In this document: one piece after another, positions 8,557 to 16,145 of the stretch
Position numbering within the stretch: the stretch's first letter is position 1
Layout: each line of letters begins with the position of its first letter
Source of the DNA: Bdellovibrionota bacterium
GTDB taxonomy: Bacteria > Bdellovibrionota_C > UBA2361 > JBGSMV01
DNA: 23,849 nt
Assembly (NCBI GenBank): GCA_041739995.1
Contig: JBGSMV010000069.1
Span: 1 to 23,849 of the forward strand
Direction: 5' to 3'
Program-made: the position numbers and the translations under genes
Notes under the pieces: model-generated
Database searches by the model: none
Seen by the model: only the letters and a program-made list of their open reading frames with translations
What the model was told of the DNA's origin: nothing

Positions 8557-11001
8557 ATGAAAGCAGTAAAAAGGGCTCACGGTTCGGCTGGGGCGTATTT
8601 ATTGGAATACGCTGTGGCTCTTCCTCTTCTTCTAACTCTTACCCTAGGCGCGTTAGACACCGCTAGGGTGTTGCAAGTTAAGTCGGCTGTTACAAAAGCT
8701 GCTGAAACTGCAGTCCGTTGCGTGTACACGCTAGACGGTGGCGTTGATGGAGCTCGTCGTTGTATCGACACGAGTGCTGCTCCCCCAACTGCGCTCTACA
8801 ACTGGTATCGAATTACCACGCCGCCCCGCTACGAGGTGGATCGCTACGATTATGACGGAGAGGCGTCGTGGTTTGATCGAAAGCGAGAGACGTACACCAA
8901 CATGACTGCGCGAATTCTCTCGGATTATCGCTTTAGTGTGCAGCGACAAAACCTTCAGGCGAGACTTGTGAGCTATCCGATTGAAGCTCAAGGAGAAGTG
9001 TATGTGAAGAACCACCATCTTCCTTACATTTCAGGAGATCCATTAAACCCAACCTTTAGATATCGGTTTGAACCAGGGGCGTCTGTGGCGCCGCGACTGA
9101 CTGTAAGCTCTGGGTTGTCGTTGAGCGCTCCTAGCGGGGGCAGTCAATCAAGAACGGTCACCTTCCGAATAACGCGCCCGTTTGCAAATCCCAATGCCCT
9201 TAAGGCTAGAATTAAGCCTGCGCGCTATGACAGAACGCCCCCATATTCGATCGCGGCAGATCATTTTAGGGATGCTCCTGGTACTGATGAATTCCGCTTT
9301 TCGGAGTTGGAGGATGAGTCGTTGGTAATGTTCCATATTCGTGGAAATGGGATCGGTGCGGGGCGAGTGGCGATAGATCTTTCGTGGTCAGGTGGTGGAA
9401 GGGGTCTTGGGGGAAGGGTGTTTGGCAGCTCGGGGCCAGCGAATTTTGTGCCTCGTGGTGCAGTTGAAGCCTATACAGATCCTGAGCTTTGGGGCGGCGG
9501 ATATCGAGAGTTCGAAGACCACTCGAGTATTAAGGTCCCTTTCAATAGGGATATCACTCTCAGGTTCACGTTAAGTGCGGATGCTGGGCAGGATGCGGGT
9601 TGGAACCTTTCCAATATTCGACTGTGGACGCCGGAGTACGCGCGGATTTCAAGGAATGATTGGCGTTGTTCAGATGGTTCCGGAACTATAACGAGAGGGC
9701 AGCATTTCCATAACCAAGCTACTGGTGCGGCTGTGGAATGTAGTTTGGGGATTCCCTCAGCGTTAGTAGAGCAGGTCTCGGTGCGGACGGCTTCGCCCAT
9801 CTATAGCAATTTTGCCTCGATTGGTTGTGGATTTGGGTTGGAAAACGCCCAAGTCCAGGTAGCGCAATCTCACGGGGATATCGAGGTGGCTTCGTATGAT
9901 TATGATGTGTCGCAGAGCTGCCAGAGTCTTGTAGTGCAAAGTGCTCCGAATGTGTGCGGTGCTTTTGGCCAAACTGGTGTTCCTGGAGGAACCCCGAACT
10001 ATGGAGTACCTCAATTGGCCGGCGCGGAAGGGCGCATTTGGGATTCCTCGCAGGCTCGATCAATTTGTCCTGCACAACCAACTGAGGACATGCAGCGCTT
10101 TGGCGTTGCGGTTCCGACCACGGTGAGTTGGGGTGAGAGAACTGTAACGGTAATGGATCCGGCGCATCCAGGAACCCCGTTGTCGTTTACACATCTCCGC
10201 CAGCACTGCGAAGACAATGCGGGAGTTGCTCCGGCCCTACTTCCGGTCCCTGCGGCGAAGCGAGGAATTCCCGCTCCGACTTTGACTGATGAGCCGCTCT
10301 ATACGTCGGACCAGGACCCGCGGGTTATGGCGGCGCAGCAACCTGGCCTCTATTCTTGTGCACAGATGCCTATTGCGTCGCGGACGTTCGGGGAAGAAAC
10401 GCGACCTGAATTGCCGATAACTAGCATTTTCCGTGGCGTGTATGAGGATATTGGGGATGGGTGCTGGGAAGATCGTTTGCAGACAGAGGCGCGTAATCTT
10501 GGACTGCCCGTAGCTGCCTACTTTGAAGGGGCTCGAGGGAAGAGATCTCCTGTCGTGTATGAGTCGATGCCAGCCACCCAATGTGGCGCATCGGTGCGAA
10601 TACGGTACGAAGGTAGGGGTGATGAGGAACTTGTAACGCATGAACCTGTTCGCGGAAGAGAGAGGCCGTCCGAGTGTGCTTCTCCGGCGGTTTGTCGAAC
10701 CGAGCTAGTTGGATTTGAAGGTGGGCAATATTCTGGACCGGTCGAAGACTTCGATGCTGCGGCGTCGATGGGCTTAAGTGAAATTGAGTCAGTATTTCCG
10801 GCAGCCGTTCGTTGTCCAGAAATGGGTGATAGTGCCGAGCCAAATTGCGTAGATGTTCAGGTAGTGGGTCAGGACGCCGCACTCGGTCGATCCTATTCGG
10901 CGCAAGCCCAGGCGGAGGTTCCTCTTAGATTGTTCTTTGGACGCACATTGCGAGTGAGTTCATCTTCTGCGGAAGTGGCAGAGAGGGCCTTCGCTCGGTA
11001 A
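8557..11001 (+). CDS. Giant TadE-like pseudopilin / putative pilus adhesin (~814 aa, 16 Cys)
   Basis: Prepilin cleavage motif SAG|AYLLEYAVALPLLLTLTLGALD (E+5) followed by a TadE-type helix KSAVTKAAETAVR; pilin-like C-terminal strands (VDVQVV...AEVPLRLFFGRTLRVSSSS); large unassigned middle region. Confidence 0.8.
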   Translation: MKAVKRAHGSAGAYLLEYAVALPLLLTLTLGALDTARVLQVKSAVTKAAETAVRCVYTLDGGVDGARRCIDTSAAPPTALYNWYRITTPPRYEVDRYDYDGEASWFDRKRETYTNMTARILSDYRFSVQRQNLQARLVSYPIEAQGEVYVKNHHLPYISGDPLNPTFRYRFEPGASVAPRLTVSSGLSLSAPSGGSQSRTVTFRITRPFANPNALKARIKPARYDRTPPYSIAADHFRDAPGTDEFRFSELEDESLVMFHIRGNGIGAGRVAIDLSWSGGGRGLGGRVFGSSGPANFVPRGAVEAYTDPELWGGGYREFEDHSSIKVPFNRDITLRFTLSADAGQDAGWNLSNIRLWTPEYARISRNDWRCSDGSGTITRGQHFHNQATGAAVECSLGIPSALVEQVSVRTASPIYSNFASIGCGFGLENAQVQVAQSHGDIEVASYDYDVSQSCQSLVVQSAPNVCGAFGQTGVPGGTPNYGVPQLAGAEGRIWDSSQARSICPAQPTEDMQRFGVAVPTTVSWGERTVTVMDPAHPGTPLSFTHLRQHCEDNAGVAPALLPVPAAKRGIPAPTLTDEPLYTSDQDPRVMAAQQPGLYSCAQMPIASRTFGEETRPELPITSIFRGVYEDIGDGCWEDRLQTEARNLGLPVAAYFEGARGKRSPVVYESMPATQCGASVRIRYEGRGDEELVTHEPVRGRERPSECASPAVCRTELVGFEGGQYSGPVEDFDAAASMGLSEIESVFPAAVRCPEMGDSAEPNCVDVQVVGQDAALGRSYSAQAQAEVPLRLFFGRTLRVSSSSAEVAERAFAR

Positions 11002-11209
11002 TTGTTGTCCTACCCCAAGATGGAAATCGGGTGTGCCCTGGATATCGCAAGGGGTTGAGAGGATCCTAGTCCAGGTGCTTGTTGTGTAATCGCGAAGGAG
11101 TCTTTGAGCGAATGGCTCACGGTGCAGCGACGGAAAGTGCAGCGCGGCTAACAATATAGAGAAATGAGCGCAGAGCCGTTCGTGCCGGGGAATTGCGATT
11201 CGTTCATCG

Positions 11210-11692
11210 CTATGAATGCAGGGCACAGGTGGAGAGGCATATCTGCTCATCCGGAATCCAGAGCCAGCATCCGTCGCAAGGAGTTGAGCATGTTGTGTGA
11301 ATCGACCCTCCTTCAAACCAGCCAACACTCTCAACTGTTGAGCGAAGGGCGTCGTTGAGTGTTGAGGATCGTGCGCCATTAAGTTCGTAATGGGTTATTG
11401 GGTCACCCTGCATAAAGCCGGCCTCGTACCCGTCTTTGTGGCGGGTAATTGTTAAGAGTCTCCCAAATCTATCGGCGAGGGTGAACGGCATTAATATGCG
11501 ACCTCCGACGTTCAGCTGTTCAAGCCACGCACGCTTTATCGTGTTTCCGCCTGCGCTAAAGATGACAACATCCCATTGCCCTTCAATAGAAGCTCCCCCA
11601 TCTCGATGCAGGACTTCTGCGTTTGGATAGATTGAAAGATTACCTTTCGCTTTTAACCAACTTGAATAGCTTCTTAAAATCCAACTTCTGCT
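11210..11692 (-). pseudogene. C-terminal remnant of a protein-L-isoaspartate O-methyltransferase (PCMT)-like SAM methyltransferase
   Basis: The 11210..11491 frame extends upstream without ATG/GTG/TTG to a TGA at 11693-11695 and reads AKGNLSIYPNAEVLHRDGG...WDVVIFSAGGNTIKRAWLEQLNVGGRILMPF (motifs II/III of PCMT-type MTases), ending in a CWL..CLS tail. The glycine-rich SAM motif I is missing. Confidence 0.65.
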
Positions 11693-11862
11693 TCAGGAAG
11701 CTCAATGCGACCAAGCCCTCTATAGGATAGGTGCGTGGCGTTATGTCTTAGTCCGTGCCCCAGTAGTAGGGCGCATTTCCTAAATTGTAGCTTGGGCTAA
11801 CAACAGCTACTCTCTTCGTGGTTTGTGCACAGTCTATCCACGACCCAGACAAGGATGCACCC

Positions 11863-12510
11863 ATGCGGATACGCGCTCTAATATCAGCCCTTTTCGCTTT
11901 TGCAACGTTTTGTAGTTTCGCATCGGCGGAGATTTACAAGTGCAAGGATCGCTACTCCTCTTCCCCATGTGAAGATGGGCAGCTGATGGCGGGGACAGCC
12001 AATAGTGAGGAATCACCGGTAAATGTGAAAGGTAAGGCCGATAACACGCCTTCCGCGCAGCCGGCCCGCACAGAAAAGTGCGCGGCCGGACAAATTTTTA
12101 TTTCTACCAGGCGACCTCCCCGCGGCGAGTGGGGAAAAAGAGAAAAACTCTTAGGCGATTTTCGAAACGAGGTGGTACTCAAAGGACGCCTCTTTGGTCA
12201 AGGTAAAGTATCGGCCGAGATTGTCGGAACCACGCCAGATTCTTCCAAGAAAAAGATTCTTACATCTAAGACGCTCAGATTTCCAGATGAAGGAGGCGAG
12301 AAGGATTTCGAGCTTCGATTTATTTTCACTAAGGGGTCGTGGGTGCTCGACTTGCAGAATCAAGGGCGCTTCAATGGATATTGCACGACTGAGTCTCACG
12401 AGCTGGTTCAAGCAAAGAGACGAGCGGAAGAAGCCGAAGAAAGGTCAATAAGTGCGGAAGCGCTAGCAAGCAAGGCACTGGCAATCGCGGTGGAGAATCG
12501 AAACGATTGA
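11863..12510 (+). CDS. Secreted DUF4124-like protein
   Basis: ATG 11863; signal peptide ending ASA| then EIYKCKD..YSSSPC (DUF4124-type N-terminus); low-complexity linker, beta-rich domain, helical C-terminus. ORF track start is 11818. Confidence 0.7.
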   Translation: MRIRALISALFAFATFCSFASAEIYKCKDRYSSSPCEDGQLMAGTANSEESPVNVKGKADNTPSAQPARTEKCAAGQIFISTRRPPRGEWGKREKLLGDFRNEVVLKGRLFGQGKVSAEIVGTTPDSSKKKILTSKTLRFPDEGGEKDFELRFIFTKGSWVLDLQNQGRFNGYCTTESHELVQAKRRAEEAEERSISAEALASKALAIAVENRND

Positions 12511-12820
12511 TAGGGCGTTTAAAGAGAGGCTCCTTTTCCTCTACACATTATTTTGAGCTTCCCCCCGATTAAAAAACTCTTCTTCGTGGATTAAGACTTT
12601 GCGTCCTATTCGGCGGACACAGCGCTCGAACCCGTTCTCATTTGCCTTAAAAATGAGCGCGCGAAGACCTCCAACGCGCGGGTAGTCATGATACGAGTGC
12701 CATTTAGCAACTGGGATGAGCCTCGAGGATGGCCCACTACCTTCAGCGGTTTATGACAGCTTGGCTGCCAACTTAGCAGTGGCAGGTTAAATTCCATTTT
12801 CCGCTGAGGCAGTACAGAAG

Positions 12821-14515
12821 CTAGGAAATGGGTGGCGTCCCCTTTTGAAGAGTTACTACATTCGCACCAATTTTCCCAAGAGCGGGATCGCAATCCACGC
12901 AGGCAAAGACCGACTTCCCTGGAGGTTGACGTGGATAGTTAATAGGCACATCCCAAGTGCCAGAGTAGTAATCCGTATGCACTTGGATGCCGGCAACGGT
13001 TCCCGGCCGGCGGTAGTAGGTTCTTGGGGTGTTCTCCAGTAGGTGTACGGTAACGTTTTTTAGTAGAGTGGCCGTGTCAAATGAGAAAAGATCGGAGTCC
13101 GAAGAGAAGATGTGTACAGAGGCGGCGTACCCATCGCTGTGTGCTTTGCGTTCGTTGTCTGGAATGCGTGGGCGCCTATACTTTGCGTAATACTCCGGGT
13201 CGCGCGGGAAGAGTTGGTGGTATCTAGATCTTGAGCGAAGAGAGATTCGTAAAACCTTTTGTCGACGGCCCCTAATTGAAGAGAGGGTGGAGGAGGCCCT
13301 CATCGCGAAACGAATAGCAGTGGCGGGGTATGAAGTTAGAGCGCGAGGGTTGTTGCGAAAGCGAGATTCGCTCAGTGTCCAGATGGTACCGTCGCTGGTA
13401 ATGAAGTTCTCGACTATGGTTGGCTGTTTGTGGAACCAGCGAATTGACCTACTCCCTCCGCGCATTCCGCTAACAGGTGGGATATTGAGAGATTCAGTTT
13501 GAAAGGAAACGGGCCCATATATGGAGCCAGCCTCTCCCAGAATCCCCCGAGCTGATTCACTTTGCCCCGAGAGTGCTCCGTCGTAAAAGCTTCCTACGTC
13601 AGGACCATATGCGCACTGTTCGGAAAAAGAATTGTCTGGGTAAATTCGAGCAACGCAAGGAAGGCTACGAAATACGTACGAGGCAAAGCCAGTTCCATCA
13701 CTAAGTACCCCTAAGCCTCGTAGGCTTTCGGCGTTGTCAATCGTGATAAGGGAGAAGGTGTCGTCAAGATTCAGCCGGGCAATTCGGCCAGGGAGGAAGG
13801 GTGTGTTGGGGCGGCCGTAGTAGTCGGTCAGAATTGAGTTTGCAATGAATAGGACCGATCCGTCGGAAGTTAGATGCGGGCGATCTAAGGGAGAGAGCCG
13901 AAACAAGTAGGGTAGGAACGTACGAAAAGGAATGAAGTTGGTGAGCTGCCCATTTTCGAGTTTGGATACCCCCGAATGGGCGGTGTCGGGAGTATTCCGG
14001 CGGCTAATGACCCACAGGCTTCCGTCGGCGCGACGAAATGGAGAGCCGTAGGGAATCGGTTGAGTTAGATCGAACTCGCGAGTGGCGGATAGAACTTCGA
14101 TTGTGCCGTCATTTGAAAGATGACTGATGGTGGAAATGCCATTAGGGTCGCTGAGCTTGGTGATAAGGTCGCGTTCCCCTCCGTTGGTTGAAAAAAGCAC
14201 ACCATCCCCATCTGCCACCATGCCGTCCACAGTCATGGCGAACGTAGTGTTCGGATTTCGAAGCACGGCCCCAACCTCGTCTAGTGAGTGCTGAGTGAGT
14301 CGTAGCGTAGTGGTATCGAGGTGAAGGATCTGTCGGAGGCTCTCGTCCTGAACAAGGGCCGTGAACCATAGGGAGTGCATATCACCGCCTTCAGCAAAGA
14401 CGGAGTTGGATTGGGATATTATTGATAGAGGAACTGGGACAAAGTTCGCTACCCGAGAAGGCTGTGCGTGCGCAGTGCCTACACCAAGAAGGATCAGAAG
14501 CAGGATTTGTTTCAT
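12821..14515 (-). CDS. Secreted hypothetical protein, probable beta-propeller
   Basis: Likely start MKQILLLILLGVGTAHA|QP (signal peptide); recurring DG-x-hydrophobic turns (DGVLFS, DGTIEV, DGSLWV, DGSVLF, DGTGFA, DGTIWT); basic C-terminal domain. ORF track start is 14572. Confidence 0.7.
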   Translation of the reverse strand: MKQILLLILLGVGTAHAQPSRVANFVPVPLSIISQSNSVFAEGGDMHSLWFTALVQDESLRQILHLDTTTLRLTQHSLDEVGAVLRNPNTTFAMTVDGMVADGDGVLFSTNGGERDLITKLSDPNGISTISHLSNDGTIEVLSATREFDLTQPIPYGSPFRRADGSLWVISRRNTPDTAHSGVSKLENGQLTNFIPFRTFLPYLFRLSPLDRPHLTSDGSVLFIANSILTDYYGRPNTPFLPGRIARLNLDDTFSLITIDNAESLRGLGVLSDGTGFASYVFRSLPCVARIYPDNSFSEQCAYGPDVGSFYDGALSGQSESARGILGEAGSIYGPVSFQTESLNIPPVSGMRGGSRSIRWFHKQPTIVENFITSDGTIWTLSESRFRNNPRALTSYPATAIRFAMRASSTLSSIRGRRQKVLRISLRSRSRYHQLFPRDPEYYAKYRRPRIPDNERKAHSDGYAASVHIFSSDSDLFSFDTATLLKNVTVHLLENTPRTYYRRPGTVAGIQVHTDYYSGTWDVPINYPRQPPGKSVFACVDCDPALGKIGANVVTLQKGTPPIS

Positions 14516-14585
14516 GCCTTCCAGTCTACGAGTAATAAAGCTCAAATCAATCGAGTTTCGGCCTGATCCCATCTAGAAGCCTCTG

Positions 14586-14662
14586 GGTGCGATGTGTGGC
14601 CATCGCACCGATGTAGCCCCAATGCACTGCTACGCTGTAGCAGTGCTGCTCCACTGTAGCAG
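14586..14662. promoter_or_regulatory. Cluster of palindromic sites (putative activator binding sites) in a divergent intergenic region
   Basis: GGTGCGATG-N6-CATCGCACC (14586-14609, perfect 9-bp IR); tandem 17-bp palindromes CTGCTACGCTGTAGCAG (14627-14643) and CTGCTCCACTGTAGCAG (14646-14662). Confidence 0.6.
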
Positions 14663-14723
14663 ACATGCACTTCGACCCCGCTGCGAAGGTAAGTATATCT
14701 AGATAGTTACGCACCTTGGCATG

Positions 14724-14740
14724 CTGGCACGTTCCGTGAA
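14724..14740 (+). promoter_or_regulatory. Putative sigma54 (-24/-12) promoter for the tad region
   Basis: CTGGCACG-TTCC-GTGAA versus consensus YTGGCACG-N4-TTGCW: perfect -24, degenerate -12; AT-rich segment GTAAGTATATCTAGATAGTTAC (14689-14710) and palindromes lie upstream. Confidence 0.5.
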
Positions 14741-14775
14741 CTAGACCTTCTCCGTCTCACATGACGGAGGAAAAA

Positions 14776-15618
14776 ATGAAGCGAGTTTTCAAGCTATACT
14801 TTTCGAACCAAGAACAACTCACCCTCATTCGCACTGCGTATGGTGTGGAGGGTAATCCCACAATTCAAAGTGACAGGGGGTCTTCCTATTTTGAAAGTGC
14901 TACGCGCACGCGGTTTGTTTGGGGCAACTCGTCCCAGGCGTTGGCGGTGATGTGCTTACGTACAGCTGCTGCGATTGCGGAGGGTGAGGTGACCGAAGAG
15001 GATATTCCGTTCGTGCTCAGAAGTGAGGAATCGAACTGCGCGAAGTCGGTGTGGAAGTCTTTCTATCGTGGCACGGAGCGTAGCGTAGCCAATGTATTCT
15101 TTGGCTCTTCCGCATGTGGGAGCTCTGGTGCGTCGGCTGTGATGGTCTGTGCTCGTAGTAGAGGAGGAGTTCGTACCGCATATTTCAAGCCACAGCGGGT
15201 AAGTAAGCTCGTTTTCGAAGTGTATGTGAACTCGGAAAAGGTGGAGTCCGCGCAGGAGCTAACGTCGCTTGCTGACTCGGTGGAGAATATCTTCGAGGTA
15301 CGAAGAGCAAATGATCCGCGTGTAAGGAAGACAGAGACGCGTGTGGTCAGAGCTGCGCCTTCGGCTGAGGAAGGTGAGCTGGTATCGAAGCGTGAGCAGT
15401 TAGTGTTGCAGGTCGGAGCCTTAGAACTGCGACTGGCGCAACTCAATGAGATGGTGGCGCTGGCTGAACAAAGGGCGGATACGCTTGTGGGTCAGCTTGC
15501 CGGCAAGCTGCGTGAGGCAGTGAAGGGTGAAGCGGGGGTCGGCGCACTCATGCGTGTCATGGGTGAGCAAATGACGGTTAAGCCAAAGGCGAAGGTGGCA
15601 GGCAGTGTGTTGCACTAA
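14776..15618 (+). CDS. Hypothetical protein with unknown N-terminal domain and C-terminal coiled coil; probable paralogue of 4066..4668
   Basis: GGAGG RBS before ATG 14776 (alternative 14761); heptad region LVSKREQLVLQVGALELRLAQLNEMVALAEQRADTL; N-terminal domain colinear with the trb-inserted gene. Confidence 0.8.
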   Translation: MKRVFKLYFSNQEQLTLIRTAYGVEGNPTIQSDRGSSYFESATRTRFVWGNSSQALAVMCLRTAAAIAEGEVTEEDIPFVLRSEESNCAKSVWKSFYRGTERSVANVFFGSSACGSSGASAVMVCARSRGGVRTAYFKPQRVSKLVFEVYVNSEKVESAQELTSLADSVENIFEVRRANDPRVRKTETRVVRAAPSAEEGELVSKREQLVLQVGALELRLAQLNEMVALAEQRADTLVGQLAGKLREAVKGEAGVGALMRVMGEQMTVKPKAKVAGSVLH

Positions 15619-15630
15619 GGGGGTGGAGTT

Positions 15631-16014
15631 GTGGGTCCTGAGGAGCAGAGGGTAATCGAGTATGGGGAGTCCGAATCGGTGCCCAAGGGGTATCGGCGGT
15701 TTCTCTCTCGACTTCTCTTTCAGGCGGTGATGGATGCGTTGGAGCGTAGAGAACCCCAACGGCGAGCCGTTTACCTGTTGCATTATCGCCCGAATCCTCG
15801 AGCACTTAGCTGGTTTAAGTCACGAAGCCTTCATTGCTGCCCAGAACGAGGGGTGAGTTTCGAGTGGATCTGCGAGCAGTTGGACCTCAACCCAGAGATC
15901 CTTCGGTCAGTGGTTTTACAGCAGAACGTTGAACTCGTCCGCAGTGCTAGAAGTCCTCTAGGTTTTCTCTTGGTTTACAGACAAAACGCGAAGAAACCGA
16001 ACTATTTCGGATAG
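15631..16014 (+). CDS. Small helical hypothetical protein
   Basis: 127 aa, GGAG RBS, GTG start 12 bp after the previous stop; pattern LLFQAVMDA...ALSWFKS...SFEWICEQLDLNPEILR resembles a recurring family of uncharacterised small proteins. Confidence 0.7.
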   Translation: MGPEEQRVIEYGESESVPKGYRRFLSRLLFQAVMDALERREPQRRAVYLLHYRPNPRALSWFKSRSLHCCPERGVSFEWICEQLDLNPEILRSVVLQQNVELVRSARSPLGFLLVYRQNAKKPNYFG

Positions 16015-16145
16015 TTGCGATTGTGCGACTTAGAACCGAAGTGGTGGTAAAACCTGTGAGGCCAAATTGAGTACAAGCCGGCCCGAAAACTGTCCGGCTA
16101 CGAACTGTGCTCGGTTGCCTCATGCAAATGCGCAAGGGGAGCGGA

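Noticed and set aside
10960..11379. 139-aa minus-strand ORF and the overlapping short plus-strand ORF 11164..11358
   Set aside because: They overlap the PCMT-like remnant in other frames and have no recognisable motifs.
12606..12893. 95-aa minus-strand ORF
   Set aside because: Overlaps the end of the 12821 gene; no RBS or protein-like features seen.
14586..14662. Palindromic repeats as a mini CRISPR array
   Set aside because: Only two 17-bp units separated by 2 bp; no spacers and no cas genes.
16000..16095. Second sigma54 promoter before cpaE (AACTAT-N5-ATAGTT palindrome and CGGCCCG-AAAA-CTGT)
   Set aside because: Both boxes deviate from consensus and the palindrome overlaps the upstream CDS end; too weak to call.
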